37,205 nt of DNA from Octopus bimaculoides. Taxonomy: Eukaryota. The notes beneath the pieces were generated by a model that searched no databases, was not told where the DNA came from, and saw only the letters and a list, made by a program, of their open reading frames with translations. The stretch is from the NCBI RefSeq assembly GCF_001194135.2, contig NC_068986.1, forward strand, positions 15,691,087 to 15,728,291, read 5' to 3'. Both the position numbers and the translations under genes were made by a program. How positions within the stretch are numbered: the stretch's first letter is position 1; every line of letters starts with the position of its first letter. Positions 1 through 10,685 of this stretch are shown one piece after another.

Positions 1-34
<34 letters not shown>

Positions 35-683
35 CATTAAACACGAACACACTTGGCATATTGTACTTCATTAACTTTCATTTGTTGCTGCTATGAGTTT
101 CAGCGCATCATCATATATTTTATAACTCCTTCACAGCCATTAAAGTGAAGTGTGTAGTTTTTAAGGTAAGTATTTGCATACATAGAAATCATTACATTCA
201 CAACCACACACACACACACACACACATACACAAAAATACCCCTCTCCACACACACACAACATGAATAATGCAAAACGGTTTGAGAGAGGAGTAACCGCCC
301 AGAATATGCAGACTTAGATAAATGTATATTCATATACGCGCGTAATAAATAAGCATATATTTATTTAATTATTCATACACGTTCAGAAATACATTTAAAT
401 ATATGTTAATATACATTTATGGACATACATATGTTTACAGGAATGTAAATGAGATAATTGTATATATTTACGTTCATTAAAACCTATACAAATTCTAAAG
501 GTATGCAGAGTGATAAATTAATAGACATATATGCAATACAATATATGTGCACGCACGCGCATGTGTATGTGTGCGTGTATTCGTGTATGTGTGTGAATAT
601 GTACGGGCATTATATATTTATGTATACGTGCAGAGGAATAAATTGAGAATTGTAGAAATATATGCCGATATATTTGTGAATCG

Positions 684-1658
684 TTATACTTTGTCATCTG
701 ACGATATATATATATTTTTAGAGGACCGTTCTTTCAACGTTAATGTGGCGCTCGTTTTCATTACTGCTTTTCGAAAACAAATGGTTTTGAAATTATCTCG
801 ATATACTTTACTTGTGATAATATAGCAAACGAAGTTCATACAGTTATTAAGCAGAGCCACAATATTCAAAAGAATTATGATGGGTAATTTATTATGATAC
901 ACTGGATGTGTGCTCGATAATACAAAACCACAGATGCATGCGGGAAATGTAGTTAGAAGAAACAGGAGATTAATAGATACCACAATGCGAATTGTATTTC
1001 TAGATCTCGTTGATAGATTGCGTTGAAACTGTTGACCGAGTTTCGGTCGTACAAGTATTTTATAAATTATACCAACAGAACTGGCAAATATAAAAATTCC
1101 TGGTAAGAATGAATATACAAAGATTGAAATGCGTAATCTGTATTTTCCATCCTTAAACAATATTGTAGTTAGTATGTGCGTTAGAGACACGCCAGTGAGA
1201 ATAAGCAACATTAATATATAAGGTTTGTATTTTTTCGAGGATTGAAACCGGAAAAACGGACAATACACTGCCAACATTCGTTCCATGGATATGGCTACAT
1301 TCAACCAAGAGGAGAACATATTTAGACAATATTTAATTCCTTCTACAACTGAATATCGATATAATATTCTGTCATCATTTAAAGCTTGAAAATTATACGT
1401 AAACGATATATATTTGGGGATATGTATCCAGATTATGGTTAAATCCACAAAAGCGAGGCAAATGAAATATGGAGTGAGCTTTGAGTGACGTAGTTCTTTC
1501 CTGCAAAAAGTTAGAATTACAGCTAAATTACAGAAAGTTCCTAATGTTAATAAAAACATAGAACTGTACCTTATAGTATTAATTATACCAGGATTTGAAT
1601 TGTTGACTATCAGAGTACTGTTGTGCATTATGTATTGGTTATTTCGACTTCGTTCCAT
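684..1658 (-). CDS. Intronless rhodopsin-like class A GPCR (GPCR1), 324 aa; orphan, FMRFamide/peptide-receptor-like or chemoreceptor-like lineage
   Basis: Uninterrupted ORF with 7 hydrophobic segments. Class A motifs: TM1 GTFCN, TM2 LAFVD, TM3 ISMERMLAVYCP (DRY equivalent), TM5 FLP, TM6 TTFP, TM7 NNCMNFVCY, helix 8 KVYR. N-terminal sequons NST and NNS. M11 (MHNSTL) aligns with the GPCR2 start and is an alternative start. Confidence 0.92.
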   Translation of the reverse strand: MERSRNNQYIMHNSTLIVNNSNPGIINTIRYSSMFLLTLGTFCNLAVILTFCRKELRHSKLTPYFICLAFVDLTIIWIHIPKYISFTYNFQALNDDRILYRYSVVEGIKYCLNMFSSWLNVAISMERMLAVYCPFFRFQSSKKYKPYILMLLILTGVSLTHILTTILFKDGKYRLRISIFVYSFLPGIFIFASSVGIIYKILVRPKLGQQFQRNLSTRSRNTIRIVVSINLLFLLTTFPACICGFVLSSTHPVYHNKLPIIILLNIVALLNNCMNFVCYIITSKVYRDNFKTICFRKAVMKTSATLTLKERSSKNIYISSDDKV

Positions 1659-2651
1659 TTAGGTAAATAATAACTCCTATGAAACTGTGCAATATTACAT
1701 GAAATGTTCAAATAAATAGATTTATAAGTTCATATCATGAGCCCTTGTAACTTTAGGTTTTTTCAGCAGAATTGCCGTATTTTCATATATTGTAGCAGAG
1801 AATGTTATTTATATGAATAATTCCCTGAGAAGGAGAGAACGTTTATAGAATTGAGAATGATGTTTGTAAAATCAAGATGTATTTGCTTTTGTGATATTCC
1901 TTTCCCAATCTCTCCGCTCACATGAATGTAACGTCGTTTTTGCTTTGTCCATGTGTGTGTGTTTGCTATAATAACTCAGTCAACATGAGTAATTTTGTTC
2001 ATCTGTCAGAAATGAGGACTGTTCTTTCCATATAACATTATATCTGCAGAGAATTTCAATTTCAATTCGTGACAATTCCCTGTATTTTATGTTCAGCTAA
2101 AGCGTTCGCTAGTATTAAAATCAACGCAATATTAAAAAAGAGATTTAATTCTTTAGTAAGCCAGTCCAGAAATATTTAATAAATAATCAATTTTATCATT
2201 TGTTTCTCAGAGATTTGCAAATGAAATTCCCCGTGATATGATTAAATCTATGGGTATTTTTAGGTAGCAACCGAACTGTAAAATCAGTTAACGTTTGGAA
2301 TAAGACTTTCGGCATTTTATATCATTGATGGCATAAGATTTGTTCTGTAGTTGCTTCATAAAATTGATGATGAAAATGTGTAAGAGGATAAGAAGTAGAA
2401 GAAATAGGATATTGTAGTTTGGTGAGCTGACATCGTTAGCGGCAAACAACTACATCAGCCACGACGGTGACATTGGCTAGAGGTATTGAGTTTTGGATTC
2501 AGTGGTAATAAGGATGTCGATTCTGATGATCATGATACTGATGTAGATGGTAATGAAAATATTTAATCACTTCGTTGATGTCAAATCATCCAACAATGGT
2601 TAGAAGCTACATACTGCGTCGCGAACTTTACTGTAACCCAATATTTAACAA

Positions 2652-2664
2652 GTACACACACACA

Positions 2665-2703
<39 letters not shown>

Positions 2704-2712
2704 ACATACATA
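2652..2712. repeat. (CA)n microsatellite
   Basis: Visible directly. Confidence 0.95.
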
Positions 2713-3090
2713 CACACGTACACTCACGCATATATATATACACGTATGTAGCCCCGTATATATATANNNNNNNNNNNNNNNNNCTCATACATATATATAT
2801 ATATACACATATGTAACCGTATACATACACACACATGCATACGTACATACATATACATATGTATACATACACTCACTCATACCTATATATATATATTCAG
2901 ACACACAAACACAATTACTTGTAGGCATGCATTCATGATGTACATTTGCAAAACAAACACATATTAAACCGGTTTCTAATCATTTACCACTAATTATCTT
3001 GACAAACTATGATCGATGCCGCTGTATACATAAGGTGTGGCTAAAATCATACTTCAACTAGCTCATGTAATAAAGGCAACCCATATGCGA

Positions 3091-3575
3091 TGGGTCATAC
3101 CATAAATAAGGTGGGGTTTTTAATTGCATGAACTAAAAGTCGCAGGTGGGTGGGATAAACTACCTGCATCAACTTTTTATTAAAGCTAATTGTAATTTTA
3201 CCTTGTGCAAGTTTTGAAGAATTTTGAAGAGCGCAGTTCGATTTTCTCAGTTCTTTTTTCAAAGCTATAATGTAAATGACAAAGGAGCGTGTTCGGTAGA
3301 TTGGGATTTATGAGTTCAATAAAGGCAAAAATGCAATGGAAAATGTGAGGAATTTTAATGCAGTATAAGGGGAACGGACAATAAGCAGAAGCCAGTGTCA
3401 GCAGTGGTTCCAGAAATTGCTAGCCGGAAACCATAGCCTACGAGTCGAGTGTCGTCCTGGAAGATCTGTAAAGATCGATGAGGACGTCCTGCAAATCCTG
3501 GTAGAATAAAATCCCATCGTAACTATTGACGACCTAATATATAAGCTTGGATTTGGTAATCCAACCATTCATTTT
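3091..3575 (+). mobile_element. Mariner transposase 5' relic (N-terminal HTH), with frameshift and stops
   Basis: From ~3312: EFNKGKNAMENVRNFNAV*GERTISRSQCQQWFQKLLAGNHSLRVECRPGRS...NPIVTIDDL, matching the Mos1-type HTH pattern (WFxKF, RxGRP, NP.T). No right TIR seen. Confidence 0.8.
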
Positions 3576-3928
3576 AGATGACAATTCCAGTTACCAAAAT
3601 GATGGTAATCCACAACGACGTTACGTCTGAATATATTCTGCAGCATCACTACAAACACAGCTTTCAAATTCTACATATAAGATCAGTCAATTTCTTGTTT
3701 CATGACAAATTCCATTCTTCATTTCAAGAACGAATGTTATCCGTAACAAAATAACACATGTAATAATTTTTTAGCTCACCCAGTATTTCCAGCACCTAAC
3801 GAGCTAATGAAATACAACATACGAAACACCAGCGCATAATGGGCAGAATATACAGAAAATCCATCAACTTTCAGGTGTATATTTGTACTTTCCGCCTTCA
3901 TCAATGGTAGAGCAATTAAAAGCTATAA

Positions 3929-4100
3929 GGTGGGGAGCTGTCAGAAACATTAGCACGCCGGACAAATTACTTAGCGGCATTTCGTTCGTCCTTACATTCT
4001 GAATTCAAAATCCACCGAGGTCTACTTTGTCTTTCATCCGCATCGATCAAATAAGTCACAGTTACGTAATGGAGATGATGTAATCGACTAGCCTCCTTTC
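3929..4100 (+). mobile_element. tRNA-derived SINE, family A (working label), decayed
   Basis: ggtggggagctgtcagaaacattagcacgccgg...ctgaattcaaaatccaccgaggtc...; A/B-box-like head; homologous to 10100 and 25265. Confidence 0.75.
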
Positions 4101-4980
4101 CATTTAATGTTTTAAAAGCTGCTACATGCCTATATTTTAAAATATAAAGCATCTCTGTCAGATAACCTGAGTTGTGACCAAACGGCGGAACCACCATTTC
4201 ATCTACAAAGCAGACTTTGTGAGGACCATTAATTACTTATGGAACAATTATGTGTATATGTGTCAGAAAGTTTGAACATTAAATGAGAAATGCTGGCAAC
4301 TGCTAAGCGAGATGTAAAACTTATAGAAGTTCTCTCAAGAAAACAGTAAATAGTAACATGTTAATATTGATCGGAGGAAATCACTAATTTGAAGGTACAA
4401 TAAATAACTATATATAAAGGAGAGACATTAAAGAGACTGGTATGATTACATGGAGATAAGAGTTGAAGTATGAGGGGAAGGGGGGATGTTGTAGTGTATA
4501 AATATAAGAAAATTGGATGTCATAAAAACCGGCCAAATATAGTGAGATTTCTACAAAATTGAACCAGAAGGAGTATATGTTAATAATAACCGCTACCAAA
4601 GTTAGATTACATAACCTAGACTGCTAATATTGTAAAATATAATATTGTTTTGTGTTCTTGGTTTCATAAGGTCGGAGAATGTTTCGGTGACTTATAATTG
4701 AGCGATATCTCAACAATGCCCCTAAACGTGACGCCAGTCCAATGAGTAACTCACGTACAGTTAAGTAGGCTAGAGCGACGTAACAAGAAATGTTTTTCCC
4801 AATGACACTACGCATTGCCCGGCGAGCGTAAGAGCAACACACTAAACACTTGACCTGGTGCTTCCACGGAGGGCAGGCACAGAAATAACATTCAAATACA
4901 GTGGAAATAAAAACAGATTAGAATTATTCAACTAAGTATTCTTTAAATAAAACCTAAACACATTGGAATAAAATTCTTCA

Positions 4981-5185
4981 TTTTTTTCTACTCTAGACAC
5001 AAGGTCCAAATTTTTGAGGGAGGTGGCCAGTCGATTAGACGGTCTCCAGTACGCACCTGGTAATCATTTTATAGACCACAAAAGGTAAAGTCGACCCCGG
5101 GGAATTTGAACTCAGAACGTAAAGACAGACGAAATACCGCTAAGAATTGTCGCCAATAGGGCTTACGTTTATGCCAGCTCACCCC
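4981..5185 (-). mobile_element. SINE family A
   Basis: aaagtcgaccccggggaatttgaactcagaacgtaaagacagacgaaataccgctaag is the reverse complement of the family A head. Confidence 0.8.
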
Positions 5186-5464
5186 ATTAATAAAAGGACT
5201 TATTAAGTAAACTAAAAATAACTTGGAATAAAAATAGTTGAGAATGGCCTATGCGTTTAGGTGAAATTTTAAAGAAACCACAAGACTTTTATTGCTTTCT
5301 TAGGGTATCTAATGTTATGGATTACACTGGGTAACACGATTCTTTAGTCCTAAGGTAGAAATTGTTATTTCCTATTTGCTTAATCCTAGAAAGTATGAAA
5401 AAGGGCTAATATCTCCTTCAAACTTTGCTTTTGTTATATCTATACAAACCCTACAGATTTATAT

Positions 5465-5620
5465 TATTTGCATTATTTACATTTGACAGATATTTGTCCT
5501 CATCTTGTTTGTTGTTAACACAGCGCTGCGGTTGATATACCCTCCAGCCTTCCTCAAGAGTCTTGGAGAAATTTCAAACCTGGTTTCTCATTCCTAAAGT
5601 ATTTTTCGATGTTATAATTA
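5465..5620 (-). mobile_element. SINE family C, 3' part (tail with decayed hammerhead-like motif)
   Basis: Reverse complement of 32170-32320 (catcgaaaaatacttaggaatgagaaaccagg...acaaacaagatgaggacaaata). Confidence 0.75.
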
Positions 5621-5745
5621 AAAAAAAAAAATAAAAAAAAAAAATAATAATAATAATAATAATAATGTATTCTTCTTCCCACTTGGATCTTAAATGTTGC
5701 CACAATTATAACATGTCCATTCTAATGTAATTTTCTACATTTCTG

Positions 5746-5833
5746 TGCAGCTGAAGATTGCTCTACATATTGCATTTAATGTAATGCTCGAATTACTTAA
5801 ATAAATGGAGTAGCATGAAATGTGTGTACTGCA
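5746..5833 (+). ncRNA. Minimal type-I hammerhead ribozyme motif (Penelope-like-element type), probably CpG-decayed
   Basis: tgcag-CTGAAGA-ttgct...agcat-GAAA-tgtgtg-TA-ctgca. Stem I tgcag/ctgca; stem II tgct/agca; core CUGANGA, GAAA and UH all present. Confidence 0.55.
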
Positions 5834-6212
5834 ATCAGCTTTAAAATCCGTGTTGCTTATATTGATTTTTTATATACATACATANNNNNNNNNNNNNNNN
5901 NNNNNNNNNNNNNNNNNNNNNNNNNNNNNNNNNNNNNNNNNNNNNNNNNNNNNNNNNNNNNNNNNNNNNNNNNNNNNNNNNNNNNNNNNNNNNNNNNNNN
6001 NNNNNNNNNNNNNNNNNNNNNNNNNNNNNNNNNNNNNNNNNNNNNNNNNNNNNNNNNNNNNNNNNNNNNNNNNNNNNNNNNNNNNNNNNNNNNNNNNNNN
6101 NNNNNNNNNNNNNNNNNNNNNNNNNNNNNNNNNNNNNNNNNNNNNNNNNNNNNNNNNNNNNNNNNNNNNNNNNNNNNNNNNNNNNNNNNNNNNNNNNNNN
6201 NNNNNNNNNNNN

Positions 6213-6480
6213 CTTTCACTGGTTTTAGTCATTATACTGCGGTCATTCTGGAGCAGCGCCTTCCAAATTATAGTTAAACGAATCGACACGCAGTACTATA
6301 TGTTTTTGACCTAGTACTTATCATATCGGTCTCTTTAACGAACTGCTATATTACTTGGACTTGAACACATCAACACCGGTTGTCAAGCGGTGTTAGGGAA
6401 CAAACACAAACAGAAAGATAGAGACGTCTGCATACATACACACATACAAAGACGAACTCACACACAAACAAGACTATTGA
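6213..6480 (-). mobile_element. SINE family B, 3' part, decayed
   Basis: ttagtcattatactgcggtcattctggagcagcgcc...ctagtacttatcatatcggtctc...acaccggttgtcaagcg. Confidence 0.6.
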
Positions 6481-6769
6481 AAAGGTTGCAAGACGCAACG
6501 AAAATTTTAGGAAAATAAAAATAAGAAATAAGTGGAAATTTTACCGGTGAGTGTGGTAAATTTTAAGGCGCAATAAGAAAATGACTCTCTCCAGACACAA
6601 CAGAATATGCTTCAACACACGAAATCACATAAAAAAAAAAACTTGCAAACCAAATCCAAATACGAAATACAGACAAATGAGTTACTTATATAAATGTATA
6701 TAAAGTAGATTGTACGTTAAACAAATAAATATGTACATAGGTAGAAATGATTGAAATAGAGGTACCTGA

Positions 6770-7693
6770 TTACGCTGTAGCATTAGGTCGGTTTGGCAAT
6801 GTGTATGATCTTTGCTGTATCCCTGTAGGCTTGCGAATACATACTTGCTTCAAATTTTCACGAAACACTTTGCGTGTAATAACATAACTTAAGAAATTCA
6901 CGCAGTTGTTAATGTAAGCCACGGCAGTTAGAATAAGGATGGTGCTTGATACGGTTTGGTGCATCGCATTATTGGGCATCAGGTAAATGATACAAATGGA
7001 TACTGGGAACGTTGTTAAAAGAAATATAGTATTTATAGCGATTACAAGACAAACAGTATTCCTAGTCCTTGCTGAAGCGTTCCGTTGAAACTGCTGGCCG
7101 AGATTTGGTCGTCGGAGTAGCTTATAAATCATAAGGATCGAACTGGTAATTAAGAAGGCCGCTGGTATGAATGCATATAAGATGACTGAATAGTATAAGA
7201 TAAGCCAATCATCTTTTAGCAATATATGAATTGAGATGTTTATTATGGAAACACAGATAAAAAGAAAGAACATTACCACGTATGGAGTGTACGGATTAGA
7301 GGATTGTAGGCGGGAAAATGGACTGTAAACTGCCATCAAGCGTTCCAAAGATATGACTACGATTAACAACGTAGAATACATATTTAAAGAATAAATTATT
7401 ACTTTAATGCTTCGATGCACCAAAAAGAATGCTCCAGTGGTCGGGTTTTCCATCATACCTGCATACCAAATAAATTGTGGGTAATTCATCCATACAACAG
7501 CTAAATCTACAATCGCTAGGCAAATGAGGTACGGGGCTATTTTGAACTGGCGCAGTTCTTTCCTGCAAAATATTCCAATTACTGCTACATTAAAGAATGT
7601 CCCAAGAGTCAATAATACTATGGAGCCGTACCTTATCGTACTAATGATAAATATATTAGTATTATTGACAATAACCTGGCTATCGTTGCTCAT
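6770..7693 (-). CDS. Intronless class A GPCR (GPCR2), 307 aa, MSNDSQ...PNATA
   Basis: ATG at 7693 just after an N gap (the track's 384-aa ORF reads through Ns); TAA at 6770-6772. Motifs GTFFN, LAIVD, ISLERLMAVYSP, FIP, TTFP, NNCVNFLSY. Shares RPxLGQQFQRN in ICL3 with GPCR1. Confidence 0.92.
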   Translation of the reverse strand: MSNDSQVIVNNTNIFIISTIRYGSIVLLTLGTFFNVAVIGIFCRKELRQFKIAPYLICLAIVDLAVVWMNYPQFIWYAGMMENPTTGAFFLVHRSIKVIIYSLNMYSTLLIVVISLERLMAVYSPFSRLQSSNPYTPYVVMFFLFICVSIINISIHILLKDDWLILYYSVILYAFIPAAFLITSSILMIYKLLRRPNLGQQFQRNASARTRNTVCLVIAINTIFLLTTFPVSICIIYLMPNNAMHQTVSSTILILTAVAYINNCVNFLSYVITRKVFRENLKQVCIRKPTGIQQRSYTLPNRPNATA

Positions 7694-8003
7694 GGTTAAT
7701 GGGTGCGACTNNNNNNNNNNNNNNNNNNNNNNNNNNNNNNNNNNNNNNNNNNNNNNNNNNNNNNNNNNNNNNNNNNNNNNNNNNNNNNNNNNNNNNNNNN
7801 NNNNNNNNNNNNNNNNNNNNNNNNNNNNNNNNNNNNNNNNNNNNNNNNNNNNNNNNNNNNNNNACCAGCAAAACATTACATTGCCAAGTACCTGTATACT
7901 TTCAGCCGTTGTGAATATACACATGTTGATGTATAAGACGTTAAATTCGTGGAATGTGGTGTTAATGTTTTATGTTTTAAACTCGTCAACGTCGTCGTCG
8001 ACT

Positions 8004-8276
8004 TTATCTCAGATCACAGCATTTAAATACTTCTTTGTTGAACGCTTGCTTTATGGCAATGATGTCATTGATGATTCTGTTGACCAATTCTTGCATAGAC
8101 GAATCGATGGCAGTGACAACAAGGCAATGTTGGTGACGAACGCGGTTGATTTCGTCGAGCTTTTTTCTGCTGTCGTTCGATTTCTTCCTCTTCTCTTCTG
8201 GCAACTCCGACGTATTTCTTTGCAATTGTGATGGAACGCTGCCAGTTCGTATCCTCTCGGGTTTGTGGGTCAACCT
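8004..8276 (-). other. 91-codon upstream frame / putative exon, copy 1, containing a 30-aa ATG ORF at 8004-8096
   Basis: Collinear without indels with 12023-12295 and 14571-14843. Preceded by AG and a pyrimidine tract on the minus strand. Confidence 0.45.
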
Positions 8277-8823
8277 CTAATGGGTTTTAAAGCTACGTGA
8301 GAGAAACATGGAGGTGTAGATATAATTAATATGAGGTAACTATATGTGTCTAATAATCCACATGTTTAAATGTTTCCTATTCTAAAATCGCATTGTAATG
8401 TTGAAAACGTAAAAACGATCTTCACTCTTACAGTAAGTGCATGATATTGACAAATGGAATTATCAACGATATTTGTGCGTGCGTGTGTATGTGTGTGTGT
8501 GTGAAGATATGAACGTATGCATAGGTGTCTATGTTAGAATATATGCAGAAGCATACGCATTTGTGCGTGTGTGTTATCTGAACGATCTATGTTTGTGTGC
8601 ATCCATTCAATACATTTGCAAGCGTAAATTTGCTCATGAAAGACGTGCTTATGTCCACGCTTGACTTAGCATTAACTATCCAGTATTCATATGTATCAAA
8701 GGTGTGGTTAAAACTTTCAAATTACACAAAAATATATTCTATACACATAGGCGTGTGTACGCGCGCACGTGCAAACACGAGGCCGCATATTCAGTATCCT
8801 ATCAACAAATATTGATAATTAGA

Positions 8824-9416
8824 GGCGCAGGAGTGGCTGTGTGGTAAGTAGTTTGCTTACCAACCATATGGTTCCGGATTCAGTCCCACTGCGTGGTATC
8901 TTAGGCAAGTGTCTTCTACTATAGTCTCGGGACGACCAAAGCCTTGTGAGTGGAGTTGGTAGACGGAAACTGAAAGTAACCCNNNNNNNNNNNNNNNNNN
9001 NNNNNNNNNNNNNNNNNNNNNNNNNNNNNNNNNNNNNNNNNNNNNNNNNNNNNNNNNNNNNNNNNNNNNNNNNNNNNNNNNNNNNNNNNNNNNNNNNNNN
9101 NNNNNNNNNNNNNNNNNNNNNNNNNNNNNNNNNNNNNNNNNNNNNNNNNNNNNNNNNNNNNNNNNNNNNTGTGTGTGTGTGTGTGTGTGTTTGTATATGT
9201 TTGTGTGTCTGTGTTTGTCCCACAACATCGCTTGACAACCGATGCTGTTGTGTTTACGTCACCGTAACTTCGTAGTGCGGCAAAAGAAACCGATAGAATA
9301 AGTGCTAGGCTTATAACGAATAAGTCCTAAGATCGATTTCTTCGATTAAAGTCGGTGCTCCAGCATGGCCGCAGTCAAATGACTGAAACAAGTAAAAGAC
9401 TAAAAGAGAAAAAGAG
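8824..9416 (+). mobile_element. SINE family B (tRNA head, CORE-like accttgggcaagtgtctt segment, internal (TG)n), full length, spans a gap
   Basis: ggcgcaggagtggctgtgtggtaag...gttcagtcccactgcgtgg...; tail gctccagcatggccgcagtcaaatgactgaaacaagtaaaag. Confidence 0.85.
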
Positions 9417-9435
9417 CGATTTTTATTCACGAATA

Positions 9436-9860
9436 GGCGCAGGTGTGGTTGTGTAGTAAGAAGCTACCTTCCCAATCACATGGTTCCAGGTTTAGCCCCA
9501 CTGACTGGCAAATTGAGTAAGTATAACTCAACTATAATATCGGGCCGACTGAATCTTTGAGTGGATTTCCAAGACGGAAACTGAAAGAAGCCCATTGTAT
9601 AATGTGTGTGTGTGTATGTGTGTGTGTGTGTGTGTGTGTATTTGTGTGCCTGTCTCTCTGTGTCTGCGTGTGCGTTCGTGTGTGTATTTGTGTTGGTCTG
9701 ATTACGTTTGCATGACGTAGCGATTCGGCAAAAGGGTCCGGTAGAATCAGAATTAGTGTTATAAAAAAATAAGTCTCGGTGTGTGATTTATTCGGCTGAA
9801 ACCCTTCACGACAGTCTCCCAGCAATGACCACAATCTAATAACTGAAACGTGTAAATGAT
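9436..9860 (+). mobile_element. SINE family B, old decayed copy
   Basis: Diverged head, (TG)n middle and tail. Orthologous to 15425-15576. Confidence 0.75.
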
Positions 9861-9911
9861 AATCGATTAAATATACAGAAATTTAGGTAATCCTTTCTGT
9901 TATATACAAAG

Positions 9912-10090
9912 GGCTTAAACTTTGGTGTTTGATGATTAGTCGATTACATCGATGGCATGGTTCGACCGGTACTTATTTTATCGATCTCGAAAGATTGAAA
10001 AACAAAATCGACCTCGGCAGAATTTGAACTCATAATGGTAAGACAGAAGTAATCCCAATATTTTAACCATTTTTTCCAACATTGTAGCGT
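9912..10090 (-). mobile_element. SINE family A
   Basis: gattacatcga...ggtacttattttatcgatctcgaaag...cgacctcggcagaatttgaactc. Confidence 0.75.
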
Positions 10091-10099
10091 ACACATACG

Positions 10100-10315
10100 A
10101 CGGCGAGGCGGCAGAATCGTTAGCATGTCGAGCAAATGGTCTCGTGTCATTTCGTCCGACTTCACGTTCTGAATTCAAATTCCACCGAGGTGCATTTTGC
10201 CTTTCATTCTTCCGACATCGACAAACTAAGTAACAGTGAAACACCGGGGTCGATGAATCGACTTGTCCCACTGCCTTAAATTTAAACCTTGTGCCTTTAG
10301 TATCAAGGATTATTA
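10100..10315 (+). mobile_element. SINE family A (head-to-head with 9912-10090)
   Basis: gacggcgaggcggcagaatcgttagc...ttctgaattcaaattccaccgagg...ggggtcgatgaatcgac. Confidence 0.8.
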
Positions 10316-10685
10316 GGGTCCATGTAATCGACACATCACTTCCCCCTAAACTGCTGCGCTTGTGGTAAAATTTGAAACCGTTATTATTATTATTACTATT
10401 ATTGTTATTATTATTATTAGTGCTGCTACGGCTTATGTTGTTGGTGTTAGTGGTCGTGTTGGTAAAGCCTGACTCTTATTTTATCTCGCATATCTGACCA
10501 ACCGGTAAGTTATAGAGACGTAAGCAGACTAACACCGGTCGTAGTGGAGAGCGAATGCCATCTCAAACAGGCGCATTCACTCATTTATACGCGCATTGAT
10601 TGAATCCAACAAACAGCCATAAGAAATCGCAGAAGAAATAACTTCGCAATTCGGAAGTATAAACTCAAACATTCAAATAAATTAG

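Larger units (their letters stand above)
6650..9600. repeat. Tandem segmental duplication unit A (GPCR2 plus upstream region)
   Basis: Direct homology to ~10650-13110 (offset ~4025 nt) and to ~14390-15575. Boundaries are approximate. Confidence 0.85.

Noticed and set aside
1700-2640. Short hydrophobic frames upstream of GPCR1
   Set aside because: Multiple stops, no motifs, and composition-driven.
7524-8231. + strand 235-aa ORF and 12065-12250 ORF
   Set aside because: Antisense shadows of GPCR2 and of the 91-codon upstream frame, joined across a gap.
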